Origin: Myxococcota bacterium | GTDB lineage: Bacteria > Myxococcota_A > UBA9160 > SZUA-336 | DNA length: 64,000 nucleotides | Assembly: GCA_965247115.1 (NCBI GenBank) | Contig: CBDFGR010000002.1 | Span: 1,408,001-1,472,000, forward strand | Direction: 5' to 3' | Part shown: positions 57,460 to 64,000 of the stretch, piece after piece | Position numbering within the stretch: the stretch's first letter is position 1 | Layout: every line of letters starts with the position of its first letter | Program-made: the position numbers and the translations under genes | The notes under the pieces: model-generated | The model's input: only the letters and a program-made list of their open reading frames with translations | Databases searched by the model: none | What the model was told of the DNA's origin: nothing

Positions 57460-58704
57460 CTACTCGGGAGGGGTGTACGGGAGGGGGAAACGCGCGGAGA
57501 GCTCTGCGACCGATGCCTTGACGCTCGCCTGGAGCTGCTCGTCGTCGGGGCTCTCGAGGACGTCGGCCATCCAGTCCGCAATCTGCAGCATCTCGGTCTG
57601 ACCCATCCTGCGGGTGGTGACGGCGGGCGTCCCCACGCGCAGCCCGCTCGTGACCCACGGAGAACGCTCCTCACCGGGAACGGTGCTCTTGGACGTGGTG
57701 ATCCCGGCGCGGTCGAGACGTCTCTGGGCCTTGAGGCCAGAGAGAGCCCGGTCCCGGAAGTCGAGAACGAACAGATGGTTGTCGGTCCCGCCGGAGACAA
57801 CCTGAAAGCCGCGCTCCAGCATGCGCACCGCCATGACCCTGGCGTTGGCGATGATCTGCTCGGCGTAGGCCTTGAAGTCGGGCTGGCTCGCCTCCTCCAG
57901 CGCCACCGCCTTGGCCGCGATCACGTGCTCGAGCGGGCCGCCCTGCGTCAGCGGGAACACCGCCCGATCGATCGCGTCCGCGTGTTCGGAGTCGCACAGG
58001 ATCATGCCCCCGCGGGGGCCGCGCAGGGTCTTGTGCGTGGTCGTGGTCACCACGCCGGCGTGGCCGGTGGGAGAGGGGTGCACGCCAGCCGCGACCAGTC
58101 CTGCGATGTGCGCGATGTCGGCGAACAGCACGGCCCCCACCTCGCGCGCGATATCACCAAAAGCCTCGAAGTCGATGGTCCGCGAGTAGGCGGTGTAGCC
58201 ACACTGGATCATCTTCGGCCGGTGCCGGCGTGCCAGGTCGCGCACTTGGTCGTAGTCGATGCGCTGGTCGCCCTCGGCCACGCCGTAGCGCAGGAACTGG
58301 AACAGCTGTCCCGAGAAGTTCACGGGCGAGCCGTGCGTCAGGTGGCCGCCGTGGCTGAGCTCCATCCCGAGGATGGTGTCGCCGGGCTCGAGTACCGCGA
58401 AGTAAGCGGCCATGTTCGCCGCCGAGCCTGAGTGCGGCTGTACGTTCGCGTGGTCTGAGCCGAACAGCCGCTTTGCCCGCGCGATCGCGAGGTTTTCTGC
58501 GACGTCGACGAACTCGCACCCACCGTAGTAGCGCTTGCCAGGGTAGCCTTCGGCGTACTTGTTCGTGAGTGGAGTTCCCAGCGCCGCAAGCACCGCCGGC
58601 GAGGCAAAGTTCTCGCTCGCGATCAGCTCGATGCTCGACTCCTGCCGCTCGACCTCGCACGCGATCGCCGCCGCGATCTCCGGGTCCACGTCTCGCAGGC
58701 TCAT
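57460..58704 (-). CDS. glyA: Serine hydroxymethyltransferase
   Basis: [42 protein letters not shown]. Confidence 0.97.
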   Translation of the reverse strand: MSLRDVDPEIAAAIACEVERQESSIELIASENFASPAVLAALGTPLTNKYAEGYPGKRYYGGCEFVDVAENLAIARAKRLFGSDHANVQPHSGSAANMAAYFAVLEPGDTILGMELSHGGHLTHGSPVNFSGQLFQFLRYGVAEGDQRIDYDQVRDLARRHRPKMIQCGYTAYSRTIDFEAFGDIAREVGAVLFADIAHIAGLVAAGVHPSPTGHAGVVTTTTHKTLRGPRGGMILCDSEHADAIDRAVFPLTQGGPLEHVIAAKAVALEEASQPDFKAYAEQIIANARVMAVRMLERGFQVVSGGTDNHLFVLDFRDRALSGLKAQRRLDRAGITTSKSTVPGEERSPWVTSGLRVGTPAVTTRRMGQTEMLQIADWMADVLESPDDEQLQASVKASVAELSARFPLPYTPPE

Positions 58705-58737
58705 CGCGTCACCCCCCGAAGGCCCGAGAACGTAGCA

Positions 58738-60012
58738 CTACTCCTCATCGTAGCGAGCAATCGCCAGGGTTCCGTTCGTGCCGCCGAACCCGAAGGAGTT
58801 CGACAGCCCCACGCGCACCGGGGTCTCGCGCATCACGTTCGGCACGTAGTCGAGATCGCAGTCCGGATCTGGGTCGGTGTAGTTGATTGTCGGAGGGATC
58901 TTGCCGTCCCGAATCGTCAGGATCGTGAAGATGGCCTCGATACCGCCGGCGCCTCCGAGCGCGTGGCCGGTCATCGACTTGGTCGACGAGACCGCCAGCT
59001 CGTCGGCGTGCTCTCCGAAGACCTGGCGGATCGCGTAGGTCTCGATCTTGTCGTTGTACTCGGTGCTGGTCCCGTGGGCGTTGATGTAGTTGACATCTCC
59101 GGGAGCGAGCTCCCCGTCCGCGAGCGCCTTGCGCATCGCTAGCTGCGCGCCCACACCATCGTCGGGCGGGGCCGTAATGTGGTGGGCATCTGCGGACATC
59201 CCGTAGCCCACAATCTCGGCGTGAATCCGCGCGCCACGCCGGAGCGCGTGCTCCAGGCTCTCGAGCACCACGACGCCGCCGCCTTCGGCACATACGAAGC
59301 CGTCCCGACCCCGGTCGAAGGGCCTGCTGGCACGCTCCGGGTCGTCGTTGCGCGTCGAAAGCGCCCGCATTGTGGCAAAGCCGCCGAGCCCGAGCCGGGT
59401 CACGGGCGCCTCCGCGCCCCCCGCGATCATCGCGTCGGCGTCGCCGCGCTGAATGATCCGCGCGGCATCTCCAATAGCATGGGTGCCGGTCGTGCAGGCG
59501 GTCACCACGCAAGAGTTGGGACCGCGGGCCCCGTAGCGGATCGAGATCAGTCCCGAGGCCATGTTCGCGATCGCACTGGGAACGAAGAAGGGCGAGATCT
59601 TCATCGGTCCGCGGGAAAGCAGCGTCCGGCAGTTGTCCAGCATCGTGGTCAGGCCCGCGATGCCGGAGCCAACGAGCACGCCCGTTCTGTCTGCTTTCTC
59701 CGCGCTCACCTCGAGGCCCGAGTCCGCCATGGCCTCGACTGCAGCAGCCATCGAGAAGTGCAGGTACGGATCGAGGCGTCGCGCCTCCTTCTTATCCATC
59801 ACCGTGAGCGGGTCGAAGCCCTTTAGCTGACCCGCGATCGTCACGCTGCAGTCGTCCACCGGGAAGCCCTCGACTGGAGCGATGCCCGAGCTCCCCTTGA
59901 GCAACGCGTTCCAGGTCGTCGCGACATCGTTGCCGAGCGGGTTCACGGTCCCCATCCCCGTGACCACCACACGGCGCAGCTCAACCGTCCGGCTCGTCAG
60001 ACGCGAGGCCAC
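58738..60012 (-). CDS. fabF: Beta-ketoacyl-ACP synthase II
   Basis: RRVVVTGMG, TACTTG, NAHGTST, KSMTGH, SNSFGFGG. Confidence 0.95.
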   Translation of the reverse strand: MASRLTSRTVELRRVVVTGMGTVNPLGNDVATTWNALLKGSSGIAPVEGFPVDDCSVTIAGQLKGFDPLTVMDKKEARRLDPYLHFSMAAAVEAMADSGLEVSAEKADRTGVLVGSGIAGLTTMLDNCRTLLSRGPMKISPFFVPSAIANMASGLISIRYGARGPNSCVVTACTTGTHAIGDAARIIQRGDADAMIAGGAEAPVTRLGLGGFATMRALSTRNDDPERASRPFDRGRDGFVCAEGGGVVVLESLEHALRRGARIHAEIVGYGMSADAHHITAPPDDGVGAQLAMRKALADGELAPGDVNYINAHGTSTEYNDKIETYAIRQVFGEHADELAVSSTKSMTGHALGGAGGIEAIFTILTIRDGKIPPTINYTDPDPDCDLDYVPNVMRETPVRVGLSNSFGFGGTNGTLAIARYDEE

Positions 60013-60015
60013 TGC

Positions 60016-60252
60016 TCAGGCTTTCGTCTTTTCATCGACGTAGGTAACGGCATCCCCGATCGTCTGCATCCGCTCCGCGTCGTCGTCGGAGATCTCGAGG
60101 TCGAACTCCTCTTCGATCGCCATCACCAGCTCAACGATGTCCAGCGAGTCCGCGCCGAGATCGTCGATGAAGGATGCCTCCGGAACGACTTCGTCCGGAG
60201 CTACTCCGAGCTGCTCAACGATAATGTCTCGAACCTTCTCCACGACACCCAT
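60016..60252 (-). CDS. acpP: Acyl carrier protein
   Basis: [19 protein letters not shown]. Confidence 0.97.
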   Translation of the reverse strand: MGVVEKVRDIIVEQLGVAPDEVVPEASFIDDLGADSLDIVELVMAIEEEFDLEISDDDAERMQTIGDAVTYVDEKTKA

Positions 60253-60264
60253 CGTGCCCTCCGC

Positions 60265-61007
60265 TCAAACCAAGCCACCGTTCACGTGTATCACCTGGCC
60301 GGTGATATATCTCGCGTCGTCGGAAGCGAGAAAGCGTACCGCGCGAGCCACGTCTTCGACAGTGCCGAGCTCTCCAAGCGGAATGCGTGCCAGCAGCGCC
60401 TTCTGAGCCTCCTCGGGCAGCTCCGCAGTCATGTCCGTCTGGATGAAGCCCGGCGCAATGGCGTTCACCGTGATCCCTCGGCTGCCGAGCTCGCGCGAGA
60501 GCGAGCGGGTGAGGGCCTCGACGCCGCCCTTGCTGGCCGCGTAGCTCGACTGGCCGGGGTTTCCCATTTCCGCGACGACCGACGAGAGGTTGATGATGCG
60601 ACCGGCCCGCGCGCGGAGCATGGGCCGGCTCGCCGCCCGGCACAGGTTCCAGGTGCCGCGCAGGTTCGTCGCGATGACGGCGTCGAAGTCTTCGGGCTTC
60701 ATTCGCATGATGACCTGGTCTCGGGTGATCCCGGCGTTGTTCACGAGGATGTCGAGGCGCCCCTCCTGCTTGACGACATCCGCGACCAGCGTATCGACAG
60801 CGTCGCCGTCGGCGACGTCACACCGCACCGCGCGGCAGTTGCCTGCATCCTCCTCGATCCGCTTCTCCGTCTCGCGCGCCCCGTCCGGACTGCTCTTGTA
60901 GGTGAAGACCACGTTGGCGCGGGCATGCGCCAGCTCGATGCAGATCGCCTGGCCGATGCCGCGAGAGCCACCGGTAACGAGCGCGATGCGCTCGTCCAGC
61001 ACGCCGC

Positions 61008-61011
<4 letters not shown>
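60265..61011 (-). CDS. fabG: 3-oxoacyl-ACP reductase
   Basis: TGGSRGIG, NNAGITRD, YAASK, IAPGFI.TDMT. Confidence 0.95.
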
Positions 61012-61943
<932 letters not shown>

Positions 61944-61973
61944 GGCGTGGGGGGGAGTGCAGGCCGTGCGGAC

Positions 61974-62165
61974 CTACACCTCGTCCTCCTTCTCGACCTC
62001 GAAGATCTGGCGCCCACGGTAGTGGCCGCACTCCGGGCAAACATGGTGCGGCAGCTTGTTGGCGCCACATTGCGGACAGGCCGAGAGGGAGCCGGTGTGC
62101 AGCCCTTGATGCGAGCGCCCCATGCGCGTCCTCGACTTCGACTTCTTCTTCTTCGGTTCCGCCAT
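61974..62165 (-). CDS. rpmF: 50S ribosomal protein L32
   Basis: MAEPKKKKSKSR..M.RSH...CPQCG...PHHVCPECGHYRGR. Confidence 0.93.
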   Translation of the reverse strand: MAEPKKKKSKSRTRMGRSHQGLHTGSLSACPQCGANKLPHHVCPECGHYRGRQIFEVEKEDEV

Positions 62166-62167
62166 TG

Positions 62168-62725
62168 CTACACGCGCCTCCGGCCCAGCAGCTGTGCGAG
62201 CTGCGCAAAGGGCCGATTCGTCGGCTCTGCGCGGCACGCACAGCTTTCTTTGTTCAGATTCCGCCCGCACACCTGACACAGACCCGGGCAGTCCTCGCGG
62301 CAGAGCGGCTGCATGGGCCACACCAGGGCCAGGATCTCCAGCACGACCGGAGCGAAGTTTAGCTCGTCGCCTGCGTAGCGCCCGAGCTCCAGATCCTGCT
62401 CATCGAGCTCGATTCCTCCCTCGGGGACGGCGCCCGGATCCGTTGCCGGCTCGAGCAGGAGCTCGACGGGCTCCGCGAACGCATGGGGGAACGGCTCGGC
62501 GCACCGGCCACAGGAGAGCTCCACAATGCCGGCGAGCCCACCTCGAAACAGGAGCCGCTGCCCGATTCGGTAGGCCTCCATATCGACCCGGAACGGCTCG
62601 CGCACCCGCGCGCCGGGCTCCTGGAAGATCTCGCGGGCCTCCTCCCACCAGTCCGCGGAGGTCTGCAGCAGGATCTGGCGCGGCGCTTCCTCGACGCTCT
62701 CGACTCGAATGCAAAGCTCGTCCAT
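62168..62725 (-). CDS. yceD: YceD / DUF177 family protein
   Basis: C.RC, P..PLCREDCPGLCQVCG.NLN...C.C; upstream of rpmF. Confidence 0.92.
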   Translation of the reverse strand: MDELCIRVESVEEAPRQILLQTSADWWEEAREIFQEPGARVREPFRVDMEAYRIGQRLLFRGGLAGIVELSCGRCAEPFPHAFAEPVELLLEPATDPGAVPEGGIELDEQDLELGRYAGDELNFAPVVLEILALVWPMQPLCREDCPGLCQVCGRNLNKESCACRAEPTNRPFAQLAQLLGRRRV

Positions 62726-62779
62726 CGGCTCTCGGGTGCCGCGAAAAGCCTTTTGCCACGCGGACTTGAATGGTTTCTG

Positions 62780-62808
62780 TGTTTAGGTCGCAGGGCTCGC
62801 GTTGTCAA
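62780..62808 (-). promoter_or_regulatory. Candidate sigma70 promoter of the yceD-rpmF-fab operon
   Basis: Minus strand TTGACA, 17 bp spacer, TAAACA. Confidence 0.45.
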
Positions 62809-62845
62809 GCCGGCGCACTGGCAAGGCAACGCTAGAATGCGCCGG

Positions 62846-64000
62846 ATGACGGTCGTAACACGCTACGCACCGAGCCCGAGCGGCGCGCTCCACATCGGCG
62901 GGGCCCGCACTGCGCTGTTCAATTGGGGATTTGCGCGCCATCACCAGGGCCGCTTCCTGCTGCGCTTCGAGGACACCGACCGCGAGCGCTCTTCGCGCGA
63001 GTCCGAGGAGGTCATTCTGGAGGCGCTCGCCTGGCTCGGAATCGACCACGATCCGGTCCCTGGCCTCGAGGGCATGCCTCGCCAGAGCGAGCGCGCGCAG
63101 CACTACCGCGACGCAGTCTCCCGTCTGCTCGATCTGGGCCACGCCTACCGCTGCACGTGCACGCCCGGGCAGCTCGAGGCCATGCGCGAGCGTGGCCGGG
63201 CGGAGAGCCGGAGCCCGGGCTACGACGGAACCTGTCGCGAGCTCAATACCGGAGCAGACAGCGCCGACCCTTTCTGCGTCCGGTTGAAGGTCCCCGATGA
63301 GGGCGGCCGCACCCGCTGGAACGACCTGATCGCGGGTCCGACAGGCGAAGATGCCTCGCAGCTCGACGACTTCGTGATTGCCCGCACAGACGGCAGCGCG
63401 ATCTACCACCTGGCGGTGGTGGTCGACGATCACGACATGGGAGTGACCCAGGTGATCCGGGGCCGCGAGCATATGTCGAGCACCCCGCGCCAGCTACTGC
63501 TCTATCAGGCACTCGACCTGGCGCCGCCCGAGTTCGCACACGTCCCGCTGCTGGTGGAGCCCGGCGGCAAGAAACTCTCCAAGCGGATGGACGCCGCCTC
63601 GGTCCTCCACTACCGCGACCGGGGCTTCACGCCCGAGGCAGTCTTCAATTACCTGGCCCGCCTGGGCTGGGGACACGGCGACCGCGAGATCCTGAGTCGG
63701 GAAGAGCTCGTAGAGCTCTTCGACCTGGACGGGGTCGGGCAGAGCCCCTCGCAGGTGCACGACGACAAGCTCACCTGGCTCAACCAGCACTACCTGAAGT
63801 CGCTGCCCCTGGAGCTGCTGCTTCGCTACCTCGAGCCCTTCATGCAGGCAGAGGTCGGCTCCATGCCGACGGAGCCTGGCTTCCGCGCTCTGGTCGGCCT
63901 GCTCCGGGAGCGCAGCAGGAGCCTCGAGGAGATGGCGCGCCAGACGCGTTTTTTCTGCGTCGACCGCGTCGAGTACGAACCCAAGCCGGCGCGAAAGTTC
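62846..64000 (+). CDS. gltX: Glutamate--tRNA ligase (3' end runs off the window)
   Basis: Not in the ORF track. ATG 62846 gives MTVVTRYAPSPSGALHIGGARTALFNW; RFEDTD, VVDDH.MGVT.VIRG and KKLSKR follow. Confidence 0.93.
   Translation, partial: MTVVTRYAPSPSGALHIGGARTALFNWGFARHHQGRFLLRFEDTDRERSSRESEEVILEALAWLGIDHDPVPGLEGMPRQSERAQHYRDAVSRLLDLGHAYRCTCTPGQLEAMRERGRAESRSPGYDGTCRELNTGADSADPFCVRLKVPDEGGRTRWNDLIAGPTGEDASQLDDFVIARTDGSAIYHLAVVVDDHDMGVTQVIRGREHMSSTPRQLLLYQALDLAPPEFAHVPLLVEPGGKKLSKRMDAASVLHYRDRGFTPEAVFNYLARLGWGHGDREILSREELVELFDLDGVGQSPSQVHDDKLTWLNQHYLKSLPLELLLRYLEPFMQAEVGSMPTEPGFRALVGLLRERSRSLEEMARQTRFFCVDRVEYEPKPARKF

Noticed and set aside
56984..57460. FMN riboswitch upstream of ribD/ribH
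   Set aside because: There is no intergenic room (genes overlap or lie within 15 bp) and no RFN motif was seen.

Overview
High-GC chromosomal segment of a Gram-negative bacterium. Gene content and order suggest a Deltaproteobacteria/Myxococcota-like lineage (inference). It is mostly housekeeping and cell-envelope genes on the minus strand: glpK (partial), ftsY, smc, ABC exporters, LPS core glycosyltransferases, relA/spoT-gmk-remA-yicC, hldE kinase, kdsA, lpxK-waaA-lpxB-lpxI-lpxA-fabZ-skp-bamA-lolD-lolE, lysS, frameshifted prfB, lnt-ybeY-7TM/HD-phoH, murJ/rpsT, holA-lptE-trkA, nusB-ribH-ribD-nrdR-glyA, fabF-acpP-fabG-fabD-rpmF-yceD and gltX (partial). The most unusual signal is a 105-137 bp three-hairpin repeat present three times, with an identical 33-bp core and compensatory stem changes. 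Two copies form an inverted doublet upstream of trkA. The third sits in frame inside a lipid A gene, fusing LpxI to a GnnA-like dehydrogenase through a repeat-encoded linker. The window also carries a REP-associated tyrosine (HUH/Y1) transposase gene with its own consensus sigma70 promoter next to a likely IS481 remnant. This gene is a candidate mobiliser of the repeat, but the link is unproven. Several genes look leaderless (-10 box 7 nt before the start codon). No rRNA, tRNA or CRISPR array was seen. All calls come from reading motifs by eye, without database searches.
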